From the human T2T-CHM13v2.0 reference genome, Homo sapiens: a stretch of DNA of 64,000 nt. The translations under genes and the position numbers were made by a program. Under the pieces are notes generated by a model. It was not told the DNA's origin. It ran no database searches and worked only from the letters and a program-made list of their open reading frames with translations. The stretch lies in assembly GCF_009914755.1 (NCBI RefSeq), contig NC_060947.1; one strand, given 5' to 3'. Positions 1 to 12,894 of the stretch are shown piece after piece. Position 1 is the first letter of the stretch; every line of letters starts with the position of its first letter.

Positions 1-340
1 TTAGGTCTGTGATCCATCTTGAGTTGATTTTTTATATGGTGAGAGATGAGGATCCAGCATCATTCTTCTAAATGTGGCTTGCCAATTATCTCAGCAGCAT
101 TTGTTGAATAGGGTGTTCTTTCTCCAGTTTATGGTTTATTTATTTATTTATGTATTGCTTTGTTGAAGATCAGTTGGTTGTAAGTATCTGGCTTTATTTC
201 TTGGTTCTATATTATGTTCCATTGGTCTACATGACTCTTTTAATGCCAGTACCTTACTCTTTTGGTAACTATAGCCTTGTAGTATAGTTTGAAGTTGGGT
301 AATGTGATGCCTCCAGATTTATTCTTTTTGTTTAGTATTG
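1..340 (-). mobile_element. L1 ORF2 fragment, non-inverted part of a 5'-inverted L1 that continues left of the window
   Basis: Antisense L1 ORF2 sequence (gccagtacc...tttggtaactatagccttgtagtatagtttgaag...gatgcctccagatttattctttttg). Confidence 0.9.
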
Positions 341-1576
341 AACTCTGAACAGACCAATAACAAACAGCGAGATAGAATCAGTAATAAAAAAATTGCCAAA
401 AACAAAAAGCCCAGGACCAGACAGATACACCAGTGAATTCTATTAGAAATTCAAAGAAGAATTGGTACCAATTCTACTGAAACTGTTTCAAAAGATAGAG
501 AAAGAGAGAATCCTCCTTAAATTATTCTATGAAGCCAGTATCAACCTAACACCAAAGCCAGGAAAATACGTGACAAAAAGGAAAAGTACAGACAAATATC
601 CCTCATGAACATAGATGCAAAAATCCACAACAAAAATACTGGCTAACCAAATTCAGCAATATATTAAAAAGATAATACATCATGATCAAGTGGGTTTTAT
701 ACCAGGGATGCAGGGATGGTTTTATATACTCAAATCAATAAATGTAATGCATTACATTAACAGAATTAAAAACAAGAATTATATGATCATCTCAATAGAT
801 GCAGAAAAAGCATTTGACAAAATCGAGCATCCTTTATGATAAAATCTCTCAACAAAATTGGCACAGAAGGGACACAACTCAAAGTAATAAAAGCCATCTA
901 TGACAAACCGACAGCACTGAATGGGGAAGAGCCAAAAGCATTGCCCCTGAGCACTAGAATAAGAGAAGGATGCCCATTTTTATCACTTCTATTAAACATA
1001 GTACTGGAAGTCCTAGCCAGAGCAATCAGACAAGAGAAAAAAGTAAAGGAAATCCAAATTGAAAAAGAGGAAGTCAAAGTGTCAATGTTTGCTGATAATA
1101 TGATTGCATACCTAGAAAACCCTAAAGACTCCTTTAAAAAGCTCTTAGATCTGATAAATAAATTCAGTAAAGTTTCAGGATATAAAATCAATGTACACAA
1201 ACCAGTAGCACTGCCATACACCAACAACGACCAGCTGAGAATCAAATCAAGAACTCCATCCCTTTTACAACAGCTGCAGAAAAATAAAATACTTAGGAAT
1301 ATACTTAGCTAAGGAAGTGAAAGATCTTTATGAGGAAAACTAAAAAACACTGCTGAAAAAAATCACAGATGACACAAACAAATGGAAACGCATCTCATGC
1401 TCATGAACAGGTAGAATCAATTTTGTTAAAATGGCCATACTTCCCATACCAATTTACAAATTAATGCAATTCCCATGAAAATACCATCATCATTCTTCAC
1501 AGAACAAGAATAAAACAATCCTAAAATTCATGTGAAACCCAAAAGAGCCTGCATAGCCTAAACAATACTAAGCAAT
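341..1576 (+). mobile_element. L1 ORF2 RT-domain fragment, inverted 5' segment of the same L1 (L1PB/old L1PA-like), frameshifted
   Basis: ORFs 615-839 ([27 protein letters not shown]) and 836-1312 (degenerate MFADNMIAY). Ends at caatactaagcaa, the consensus position where the minus segment starts. Confidence 0.9.
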
Positions 1577-1786
1577 TGCATTCTTTAAGCTATTTAAAGA
1601 TATATAATAAAGTTATTACAGACTGTGTAGTCACTCTTGTGCTATCAATAGTAAGCCTTATTTATTCTTTCTATATTTTTTGTACCCATTAACCATCCCC
1701 ACCTACCCTTCAGCCCGCTACTACTCTTCTCAGCCTTTGGTATCCATCCTTCTACTCTCCATGTTCATGAGTCTGTTTTTATTTTT
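1577..1786 (-). mobile_element. L1MA-type 3' UTR fragment
   Basis: Homologous to the L1MA 3' ends near 17980-18190, 19400-19610 and 46190-46400 (gtgctatcaa...gtacccattaaccatcccc...ccttctactctc). Confidence 0.8.
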
Positions 1787-2015
1787 ATTAGAACTGATAA
1801 ACAAATTCAGTAAAGTTGCAGGATACAAAATCAACATACAAAAATCAGTAGCATTTCTATATGCCAGCAGTGAACAATGTGAAAAAGAAATTAAAAAGTA
1901 ATCCCATTTATAATAACCACATGTAAAATTAAATACCTAGAAATTAACTTAACCAAGGTGAAATATCTTTACAATGAAAACTATAAAACCCTAATGAAGG
2001 AAATGACCAAAAAAT
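1787..2015 (+). mobile_element. L1M ORF2 fragment
   Basis: Translates as [25 protein letters not shown], canonical L1 ORF2. Confidence 0.85.
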
Positions 2016-5000
2016 GAGTTTTCTATTTTGTTCCACTGATCTGTGCATATGGTTTTATGCCAGTACCATGCTGTTGTGGTTACTGTTGCTCTGTAGTATG
2101 ATTTGAACTCAGGTGATTTCTCCAGTTTTGTTCTTTTTGCTCAGAATAGCTTTAGCTTTTCAGGGTCTTTTGTGGCTCCACATAAGTTTTATAGTTGCCT
2201 TTTCTCTTTCTGTGATGAATGTCCTTGATATTTTGATAAAGACTGCACTGTACCTATAGATTGCTTTGGGCAATATGAACTTTTTAACAATACTGATTAT
2301 TTCAATTTATGAACATAAAATATCTTTCCATCTTTGTCCTCTTACATTTCTTTCATCAGTAAATTATAGTTTAATTGTACAGGTATTTTAAGTATTTGAT
2401 TAAGTTATTTCATAGATATTTAATTTTACTTGTAGCTATTGTAAATGGGATTACTTTCTTGATTTCTTTTTCAGATTGTTTGCTTTTGGCATATTAAAAA
2501 TGTTGTCAATTTTTGTTTGTTCATTTTGTATTCTGTAACTTCCTTGAATTTGCTTATTAGTTTTAATTTTTTGCTGGCATCATTAGATTTTTTCAAACAT
2601 AAGATCCTATAATCTGCAAACAGGAATAATTTGACTTCTTTTCCAGTCTGGATGCCCTTTATTTTTCTCCCTTTCTGATTGCTCAAGCTATGACTTCCAG
2701 TCCTATGTTAAATAACAATGGTGATAGTGGTTATCTTTGTCATGTTCCCTATCTTAGTGGAAAAGCTTTCAGTTTTTCCCCAATCAGTATGATACTAACT
2801 GTGGGCCATTGTATATGACTTTTATTTTGTTGATGTAAGCTCCTTCTATACCCAGTTTTTTGAGGTTTTCTTTTTCAATCATAAAGAAATGTTCAATATT
2901 ATCAAATGGTTTTTCAGCATCAATTGAAATGATCATGTGGTTTTTTTCCTTCATTGTGTTGATATATCACATTAATTAATTTGCATATATGGAACCATCC
3001 TTGAATCCCTGGGATAAATCTCACTTGGTTATGATGAATGTTCTTTTTAATGTGTTGTTGAATTCAGTTTGCTACTATTTTGTTGAGAATTCTTGCATCA
3101 ATGTTCATCAGAGATTTTGGCTTTTTTTTTGATAAGTGTTTGGTTTTGTTATCAGGGTAATACTGATCTTGTAGAATGAGTTTGGAATTATTCCATTTAC
3201 CTCTATTTTTTGGAATAATTGGAGTAGAATTGGTATTATTTATTTAAATGTTTCATAAAATTCAGCAGTGATGACATTGTGTCCCAGGCTTTTGTTTGCT
3301 GGGAGACTTTTCATTATGATTTCAATCTTTTTACTAGTTACTGTTCTATTTATGTTTTGGATTTCTTCATGGTTCAATCTTGGTAGATTTTATGTGTCTG
3401 GAAATTTACCTATTTCTTCTAGGTTTTCCAATGTGTTGGCACATAGTTGCTCATAGTAACCTCTATAAACCTTTGAGTTTCTGCAGAATTGGTTGCAATG
3501 TCTCTCTTTTAATCTCTGATTTTATTTATTTTGTCTTCTGTCTTTTTCTTCTCAGTCTGGTTAAAATGTTTTATTATTTTTATCTTTTGAAAATACTTTT
3601 TGTTTTGTTAATCTTCGTATTATTTTCTCAATTTTAATTTTCTTTATTTCTTCTTTGATCTTTATTTCTTTTCTCCTATGAATTTTCTCTTTCTGTTTTC
3701 ATTGACCCACTGGTCATTCAGGAGAATATTGTTTAAATTCCATGTGATTATATAGTTTCCAAAATTATTCTTATTATAGATTTCTAGTTTTATTCCATTG
3801 TGGTCAGAGTAGATGCTAAATATTATTTAATATTTTGGATGTTTTAATACTTGTTTTGTGGCCTAACATAATAGTTTATCTTTGAAAATAATCCATGTGT
3901 TGAGAAGAATGTGTATTCAACACCCATTATATGAAATGTAAGTCTTTCTACATCTATCTCTTTCTTTACCTTCTCTTTAAGTCCAATACCTCTTAGATTT
4001 GCCCTTTTAAAAATCTACTAGGCGTGCCTCATTTTTTTTTGTTTCCTTTGTGTAGTTTTAAATAGCCTGTCTTAAAGCTCACTAATTATTTATTCTGCTT
4101 GATCAGTTCTGCTATTAGGAGACTCCGATGCATCTTTCGGTGTGTCACCCACATTTTTCACCTCTAGAATTTCTGCTTGATTCGTTTTAATTATTTAAAT
4201 TCCCATGTTCGATTTATCTCCTGGAATTCTAAACTTCTTCTCTGTGTAATTTTGAATTTCTTTGAGTTTCCTGAAGACAGCTATTTTGAATTCTCTGCCT
4301 GAAGAGTCACCATATCTATGTCTCCCCAAGGTTTGTCCCTGGTGCTTTATTTAGTTTATTTTCTGAGGTTATGTTTTCCTGGATGGTCTTGATGCTTATG
4401 AATATTTGGTGATTTGGGGGCATTGAATAATTAGGTATTTATTGTAGTCCTCAAAGTCTAGGCTTGTTTGTACTCATTCTTCTTGGGAAGGCTTTCCAGG
4501 TATTTGAAGGGACTTAGGTGTTGTGATTTAAGTTTTTGGGCACTATATCTGTATTTCCATTAGTGGCACCCCAAGCCCAGTAACATCATATTTCTTGAAG
4601 ATTTGTACAGGGACCACCTTGGTGGTCTTAGATAAGATCTGGAAGAATTTCCTGGATTTCCAAGAACAGACTTTTATTCACTTTCCTCACTTTCTCCCAA
4701 ACAAACAGAGTCTCACTCTCTTTGCTGAGCTGCCTGGAGCTGGGGTGAGGGATAACACAAACATCCCTGTGGCCACCCCCACTTGGACTGTGCTGGGTCT
4801 GATCTGAAGCCTATACAGTACTGGACCTTGCCCGAGGCCTGCTGTAACTACTACCTGGCTACCACCTATGTTTGTCCAGGGACCTAGGAGTCTACAAATA
4901 CCAGGTGGTTAAGCCAGTTAATCTTGTGTCCTTCCCTCCAGGAAAGCAAGTTCTTCTAGGCCCCTGACAGGTCCAGAATTGCCATCTGGGAGCTACTGCC

Positions 5001-6410
5001 TAGAGTCAGAAACCTTTGATTTTACCTGGTGCTCTATTCTATTTTGGCTAAGCTGGCACTGAAACCACACGACAAAGTTTTTCTCAGTCTTTCCTCCCAT
5101 TTCCTCAGGCAGGGGTGTTTCTCACCTCTTCCACCACTACCACCAGTCCACAGGAAGTACTGCCAATGTTTCCTTAAAGCCCAAGGGCTTGTCAAGCAGT
5201 TTTTGCTAGGTCTGTGACTCACCTTCACAGCAGCAGCAGTGGTCTCCCCTCTTGCCCAGGGAAAGTCCAGAAATGCCATCCAAGATCAAAGATGTGGAAT
5301 TGAGTACCCCAAGAGCGCACTTGGTGCTCTTTCCCAGTGTGGCAATGCTAGCGCCTAAGTTGCAAGAAAAAGTTGCCTTTATACTTCCTTCTCCTTTTCT
5401 CAAGCAGAAGGAGTCTATCCATCTTCATAGCCATCACAGCTGTGAATATGCTTGGTTACTCCTTATTCCAGCATCTCTCTGAGTCTCACCCAAGGCCCAT
5501 GACATGTATTCTCTTGTTATCGGTGCTGATTATTCAAGGTCCAATGAGGGCTTTAATCAGCAGGTAACAAATCCTGTCAACTCGGTCCTTCCTTTCAAGA
5601 GAGCAGATTCCCTTCAATTTCAAGGTGTGTCTAGAAATGTCATCCAGGAGTTAGGGCTGGGAATTGGGGCCTCCTGTCTCTGCTTAGTGCCCTATTCTAT
5701 TGTGGCTGAACTGGAATCCAAGTTGCAAAACAAAGTCCACTTCACTCTTCCCTCTCCTCTCAAGCCGAAGGAAGGGTTTGCTTTTGGAGCTGATGGCTGC
5801 ACCTGGAGTTTGGGGAGGGATGATGTAAGCACTCCCTTAGCTGCCCTGGATAGTGTCTCGCTAGGTCATGTGACTCCCCTAGTCCAGCGCAGCACTATGA
5901 ATTGCTTAGGAATTGCAGTCCTTCTGGCCTAGACAGCTTTTTAAGTTCATTTAGGATCCTAGAGTGCTTTAGCTCACAGCGGTGAGGCTTACCAAAACTC
6001 AGGTTTCAACTGCTAGGATGAGCAATTCCCCTTTGTATAGGGCTGGTCTAAATGCTCCCTCCACAGGCATCAGCTGAGTTCTTCCCAATGTTGTTAGCAC
6101 TGCATTGCAATGTAAAGTTCCACATTCATTTTGCTCACCCTCCCCCAAATGCACAGATTCTCTCTCCATGCCATGAGGCCACTGACACCAGGTCGGGGGG
6201 TGGGTGGTGTTGGCAATTCAAGACTGTCCTTCCTACCCTCTTCAGTGCCTCTTTCAGTGATATGAAGTTAAAATCAGGTACTGCAATCTCTCATCTGATT
6301 TTTGGTTTTCATGAAGGTGCTTTTTGAATAGGTGGTTATAAAAAAAATTGTATTCCTGCAGGGAGGATGATCAGTGGAGGCTTCTATTTGGCCATCTTGC
6401 TCTACCTCAT
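2016..6410 (-). mobile_element. L1MA-type element: partial ORF2, internal deletions, partial ORF1 and long subrepeat-containing 5' UTR
   Basis: Antisense ORF2 to about 3940, jump into ORF1, then 5' UTR ending ...ctatttggccatcttgctc (reverse complement of the L1 start gagcaagatggc). Collinear with 46000-53480. Confidence 0.88.
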
Positions 6411-6859
6411 TCTGCATTTTCTTGTATGTACATTTTACTATTCATTTACCCCCATATATTCTGCCTGCCTGAAAGAGGCTCTATGGCTTCCTTCTTCAGT
6501 CAGCCCTCTTAGTAACCTAATTTCTCTCAGACTTCAGCATTTTTGTTCTCCTCTCTCAGCAGTGCTGCTTTCTCAGGCTTTTTCCATGTACCACCTGTTT
6601 TGACAGCTGGGGACTAAGATTAACTGAGGGGAGTGTGGTGTTGCTGGAAGAGGCTGAGTACACATAGATCTTTGGCCTAAGTCCAGTCAGCATGGCTGTA
6701 ACTAACCAGATACCACCAACCCAACACCTTGTAGCCTAAAGTTTACTCAGCGATAAATAACAGCTTGGGAGCCTGGCAATGTAATCCAGCGGAAGAAACA
6801 TTGGAGTGGCCTTAATCTCTTAAGTCTCTTTTCTGCAAGCTTCAGTTGAGACAAAGATT

Positions 6860-7010
6860 TCATATGTGACTTTTGACAAATCACTTTCCTTTCTGCACTT
6901 CAGTTTCCCCATCATGTATACAGAATTTTTAAAACTTGGAGTCAACTTGACCTGATGTCAAATTGGCTCTTCTATAAGTTGCGTGATCTTAGCTCCAACA
7001 TTTTATAATT
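6860..7010 (+). mobile_element. MIR-like fragment
   Basis: MIR core-like gtgacttttgacaaatcacttt...cttcagtttccccatc. Confidence 0.55.
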
Positions 7011-7349
7011 AAGTGCGGACAACAAAGAGCAAGGCCCAGGGGTACTGATACTAACAAGAAGTCCTGGGGGTTGAGAGTAGGTTAGTATCAGGAGAGAGAG
7101 AAAAAAAACCTGGAACAAATATCACCAGAAAATACGTGGTGAAATGACAATAGACGTGGGAGAATAAAGGGCTGTGGATAAGAATGGACTAGGACAACCT
7201 AGCACCAAAACCAACATTTTATTGCTTTGTGGTGTTGTTCTGGCCTATGATAATACTTTATTATCCAGAGCCTTGCAACATCTCACCAGACTTCTTACTG
7301 CTATCTTCCCTGCCCAACCACCACCTGTTTCCGCAATTCCTTCTGCACA

Positions 7350-7890
7350 TGACTTCAAGGTTTGATTTCCTGAAGTACAACCTCATTCATGTCAAACACT
7401 TCCTTAACAATATCAGCCTTTGGCTTTTTATTGCTTACAGAAAAAAATACACCCTTTCACCTTGCATTCAAAGTCCTTCATGATCTGCTCTCAACTAGTT
7501 TCTGAATTGTAGACACTTCTACCCTACAAGTATTGAATTAACAAGTGACATTGGATTCTTTTTCCTTCAGCATGTAGTGCCTATGCTCACTTTAGTGAAA
7601 AATCCTGTTCACCCTTTGTGGTCCATTTCAAATGGCCTTGTGGTGCTCTACTCTCTTCTGCATCTTTGGAGTACTTTGCTAGTACTCTTTAATAGGCAGT
7701 TTCCTTATTTTGACGTGTGTCTTTTGATATTTCTATTTTAGACTTCTCTTGCTTAGGTGTATATTTCCGGAGGGTAGTAGCTTTATATAATTCATATCTG
7801 CATTTATTTCCTCCATTCAGCCCCTACAGCTGTGCCTAGTATAATGCTATGTACATTGTGACTCAACAAATACTTATTGAAACAAATTTA
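7350..7890 (+). mobile_element. L2 3' fragment
   Basis: L2-like cattcaaagtccttcatgatctg and terminal gtgcctagtataatgc...ctcaacaaatacttattgaa. Confidence 0.65.
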
Positions 7891-8499
7891 CTGTTTTGAA
7901 TATCTGTTCCCTCCCAACTCAATTCTTATTTGTTCTGTTTTCTAAGTAATAGAAAAGGATTTTGAGCAATAAGACTTTTAGGAAGCTATTATCTGGAAGG
8001 GTACTTGGATAGCAGTTCTAAGAGTATATTCCAGCTTTAGCCTGATTTTGATCCCTGTTGAAACCTGCAAATCCCTTAATATACTGTGGATAACTAAGAG
8101 AAGTGTTGGAAAACAACTGAAATAGAGTTTACTGAGTTACAGCAAAGTCTATTGGAATTAGAATTAGGACAAAAACCATGACTTGCTTTCAGCTGTTTTA
8201 TATATTTCCCCTTCTATTCTTCCCACACCTAGGTTCTAGGACCTCCACACAACAAGCCTGCCTATTGAAAGATGACAGGCTGATAGGGTTCCAGAGGTCG
8301 TGTCTATGCTGTACCTTTCACTGTACCATTATTCCAAAGGAAATCGTAGTACATGTTATTCCTACACTTCTATTCTAGAGCAGAGTAAACAGTTTTATTT
8401 GGGACAACTGATAACATATTCTAAAATATGGAGAGGTAGAAATTACGTGTGTGGTCACCTGTATTAACCGCATTATCTACTTAATAGAGAATTCTGTTG

Positions 8500-9128
8500 T
8501 GTGTTAAGAAAAGCAGATGAATCTCAGGAAGAATAGTGAGCTTTGTGGAACTATAACTTGCCCTATTTTCACTCTCTGCTTCTATCTCTGCAGCAGCTAT
8601 GAAAATCAGCAACTCAAAATTAGGGTAAAAACCAGCAGCCTGGCAGCCACTAGAAATGGAAGTTTGGAGATGGAGCTCTTTTAACTTTCATTTTCAGAGG
8701 ATTTTTACTATTCAACTTGTGTGATGGTTCGCTGGAAGACACCCCTTTGGAAGACTATATTTGACTTGACTCAAGAGTTTATTCAGTGGAAAAAAGCCCC
8801 TCCCCTCAGGGACATTTGTTGAAAACACTTACAGACAATGGTTTAACTTCACAGGTGTATGCAGCAGTGGATAACAGAAGGAAAAGCCAATAAGATAACC
8901 AAACATCTTAAAAAGAAAATCTGGAGAATGACATGTCTGTAGAGGCTTTGAAAAACTCTAACATATTTCTGAGAATCTAGGAGGCCACATGCATCCTTTG
9001 GGCTGTGTGCATGACCAGGATGTTGTGCATACTCAGAGAAGACCCAAGTGTTCTACTTTAACACTTATGGCATACTTTGACACTTGTGCAAGCAGGAAGT
9101 GAAGAAGTTGTGCCTTCACACATGCACG

Positions 9129-9161
<33 letters not shown>

Positions 9162-10680
9162 TCTTGAAAAGACTGGAGGACTTATTGGTTTAATATATTT
9201 AAGGAAATCTGTTTTCAGTCATTAGCTGATTATTAAGCTAATTGAGCAGAGACTTCAGTGACCATGCAAGACAAAGAATACAGACCTTACAAAATTAGTT
9301 TCAAAAAGTCAGAAAATAAACAAGCATAAACAACAATAATCTCCAGGGAAGGAGCAGGAGAATCTAACATCCAAAAATTAAACATAATATTATTTAAAAT
9401 GTTCTTTTTCCCAGATAAAAATATAAGACATGCAAAGATATAAGAAAGTATGGCTTATACACAGTTAAAAATATATCTTTCCCCTGAGGAAGTCCAGATG
9501 TTGGACTCATATGACAAAGATTTTAATTTAGCTATTATGGGTATGTTCAAACAACTAAAGAAAAATATGTTTAAATAACTAAATGAAATAATTATAATGT
9601 TATTTTACCATACAGAAAATACAAATAAAGCAGAAATTGTCTATCAAGAAGTAGAAATTTTGAAATTGAAAAGTACAATGACTGACATGAAAAATCCACT
9701 ACAGTGGTTCAGCAGCAGATTTGAGGAGCAAGAAGAGAGAATCAGCATACTTGAAGATAGGTCAAATAAAATTATTCAGATTGAAGTACAGAAAGAATAA
9801 AGAATGTAAAGAATGAAGGAAAATGAACAAAGTCTGAGATACCCATTGGACATAATCAAATGCACCAATATATGTATAATGTGACTTCCAGATGTAGAGG
9901 AGGGAGACAAAGAAGAATGCAAAATATTTGAATGGATTATGGTAAAAAATCCGAACTTTGATGAAAAACATTGATCTGTACATTCGAGAAGAACAATGAA
10001 CTCCAAGTAGCATGAACTCAAAGGCAGCCACACCTAGATATGGCACAATAACAGTGTTAAAATTCAGTGATAAAGAGAATCTTGAAAGCAGCTTGTGAGA
10101 AGATTTTTATTATGTATGAAAGGATCTTCAAAATAAGATAGTGAGAAATTATAAAGGCCAGAAGGCAATGGGGTAACACATTTAAAGTGTTAAAATAAAA
10201 TAATTATAAACCAATAATTCTATGTCAAGAAAAAGAGCTCTTCAGAAATGCAAGAGAAATTAAGATATTCATTTTGTTTATTAACAAAAATAAAATCTCT
10301 AGAAGGCCTTACCTACAATAAATATAAAAAGAGTCTTTAGATTAAGATGAATCAATGCTACAAAGCAACTTGAATCCCCATGTAGAAATAAATAGCACTG
10401 ATAATGGTGACTACATAAATAATTATAAGTGATGGTATAAATGTATTGAAAGACAGCTGCATAAAGCAAGAATTTTAAATCTGTTTAATGGGTATGTAAT
10501 GTGTACAGATATAATTTACATTACAATGATGGCACAAAGGAATGGTAAATAATGGAGTTCTATATAATGAAAATGTTTTGTATACTATTGAATTAAGTTG
10601 GAATTAATATGAACTAGATTCTGATAATATGTAAAATTGAATCCCTATGCACATCACAGATAAAACAAATTTAAAAATAT
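8500..10680 (+). mobile_element. Old L1M (L1MB/MC-like) 5' region and ORF1, first piece of a large fragmented host element
   Basis: ORF 9597-9800 (LKLKSTMTDMKNPLQWFSSRFEEQEERISILEDRS) is L1 ORF1 coiled-coil. The left boundary is uncertain. Confidence 0.75.
9127..9154. repeat. (CA)n microsatellite
   Basis: Direct reading. Confidence 0.95.
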
Positions 10681-10685
10681 GGTAG

Positions 10686-12229
10686 GAGAGGCAGAACAAG
10701 AGCAAGATGGCAGAATAGAAGGCTCCATTGATTGTCCCGCTGCACAAGGACACCAATTTAACAACTATCTACAGAGTGAAAACACGTTTATACTAACCAA
10801 AAATTACATGAGGCCTCAAATTACGTGGTTTTAACTTTGTATCACTGAGAGAGGCACTGAAAAGGTAGAAAAAAACCATCTTGAATTGCTGATGTCTCCC
10901 CTCCCCTACTCTCCAGCAGTGGCAACCTGGTGCAGAGTGTGTCTCTGGGTGCTGGGGAAGGGAGAACATAAGTGCTATCCTGTTAGAGCAGAAAGGAAAT
11001 CTGGACCAAACTCAGCTGATGCCTATCCACAGCGGGAGCATGTAAATCAGCCCTAGCCAGAGAAAAATCACTGATCCCAGCCTCTGAACTTGAGTTCCTG
11101 CAAACCTTGCCACTGAAGGCTAAAGTCCTCTGTGTCTCTAACTAAACTTGAAATGCAGTCTAGGCCATAGGGACTGCAGCTCTTAAATGAATTCTAGTGC
11201 TGAACTGGGCCCAGAGACAGTGGATGTAGGAGTTGGGGCATGTGACCTAATGAGATATCAGCTGGGGCAGCTAAGAGAGTGCTGGGAGCACTCCTTTCTT
11301 AACCCCAGACTGCACAGCTCATAGTTCCAAGAGACCTCTTTCTTCTGTTTTGGGACAGGAGAGGAAGGAGTGGAAAGGACTTTGTCTTGCATCTTGGATA
11401 CCAGCTCAGCCACAGTAGAATAGAATAGTGAGCCCCCCATTCCAGGCCCTAGATCCCAGATCACATTTCCATACACACGCTGAGTCAGAAGGGAACCTGC
11501 TGCCTTAAAGGGAGTAAACTATTCCTGGCAGCACTCATCACCTGCTAATTGGGAACTGAATAACCAGCAGCGATACTAAGGTACCACACTGTGGGCCTTG
11601 GGTAAGCCTCTGAGTCTTACTGGCTTTAGGTGATACTCAGCACATTACCAGCTATGGTGGTTATGGGGTAAAACTCCTTCTGCTTGATAAAAGCAGAGGG
11701 AAAAGCAAAGGGAACTTTGTCTTGCACTGTAGGTATCAGCTCGGCCATAGTCGTGTAGAGAATCAAGTGAGGTTTTGGGATTTCTGATTTCAGGACTTGA
11801 CTTTTGAATGGCATTTCTGAGCCTGCTCTGGGTAAGAGTGGAGCCCATTTCCCTGAAGGGTGAGTCTTAGGCTAGGAAACATTAATCACAAGCTGACTTA
11901 AGAGACTTTGGGTCTTAAGGGAAAATCACCAGTAGTCTGGCAGTACACCTTGTTGCCTTTGATGGCAGTGGCTATGGTGTGAGGCTTCTCTGCCTTTGAA
12001 AATGGGAAGAAGAGTGAGAAGAACTGTGTCTTATGATTTGAGTGCCAGCTCAGCCACAGTACCATTGAACACTGGGTAGTCTTCTAAGGTTGTGACTCTA
12101 GTCCCTGAATCCTTGATGGCACCTCTGGGCCCACTCAGGGCCTGGGGGAACTTGCTGCCCTGAGGGGAAGGATACAGGCCTAGCTGTCTTTGCCACCTGT
12201 GGATTGTAGAGCCCTGGGCCTGTAACAAA
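10686..12229 (+). mobile_element. L1MA-type 5' UTR only, left arm of an inverted pair
   Basis: Starts gagcaagatggcagaatagaaggctcc. Reverse-complement homologous to 4850-6410 and 51990-53480. Confidence 0.85.
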
Positions 12230-12892
12230 TACCTGGCTACCACCTACTTTGTTCAAAGCCCTGGAGCTCTGCAATCATCATGTGGCTATCCAGCTAGGCT
12301 TGTTTGTTGTTGTCGCTAGGTTTGTTGTTGTTGTTGTTTGTTTGTTTCAGGGAATCAAGTTGCCCCAGGCCCCAGGGAGGTTCAGAAGTACCATCCAGGA
12401 GCCAGAGACTGGAGTAAAATACCTTAGCCTACTTGGTACTCTATTGAACTACTGCTAAACTAGCACTCAAACCACGAGATGCCATTCTTCCCATTCTTCA
12501 CACCAATTTAAACAAACAGAGGAGGCTCACTCCATGGCCACCACCACTGTAGGCTCACAGGGAGTACTGAAAGGCTACCAGTGATATTCCCTTCAGGCCC
12601 GATTGTTTTTCAGACAGCTTGTGGTGAATGCCGCCTGGCCTGGGACTCACCATTCAGAGCAGTGGGCTCCCCTCTGCCCCAGTACAGGTCAAGAAATGCC
12701 ATACAAGAGCCAAGGCCTGGAATCTTGAACCCCCAAGAGTCCATTTTATGCTCTACCCCTCTGTGGTCAAGCTGGTACCTGATTTTTGGTTCTTATGAAA
12801 TGGCTTATTTATGTAGATAGCTGTTAAATTGGTGTCCTTGACAGGGAAATGATGAATGAAGCCTTTAATTTGACCATCTTTCTCCACCTTTC
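12230..12892 (-). mobile_element. L1MA-type 5' UTR only, right arm with internal deletion
   Basis: tacctggctaccacctac... matches about 4852 and 51987. Ends ttgaccatctttctccacc (L1 start, antisense). Confidence 0.85.
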
Positions 12893-12894
12893 TC

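Noticed and set aside
615-1312. Reverse-transcriptase-like ORFs as a novel RT system
   Set aside because: Ordinary frameshifted L1 ORF2. The catalytic FADD motif is degenerate (FADN).
4595-6603. Dense ORFs and recurring motifs resembling a gene cluster or CRISPR-like array
   Set aside because: Diverged subrepeats of the L1MA 5' UTR, present in several paralogues here. No constant repeat-spacer period.
8178-8378. 66-aa ORF in unique sequence
   Set aside because: No recognisable domain or convincing splice structure. Length is expected by chance.
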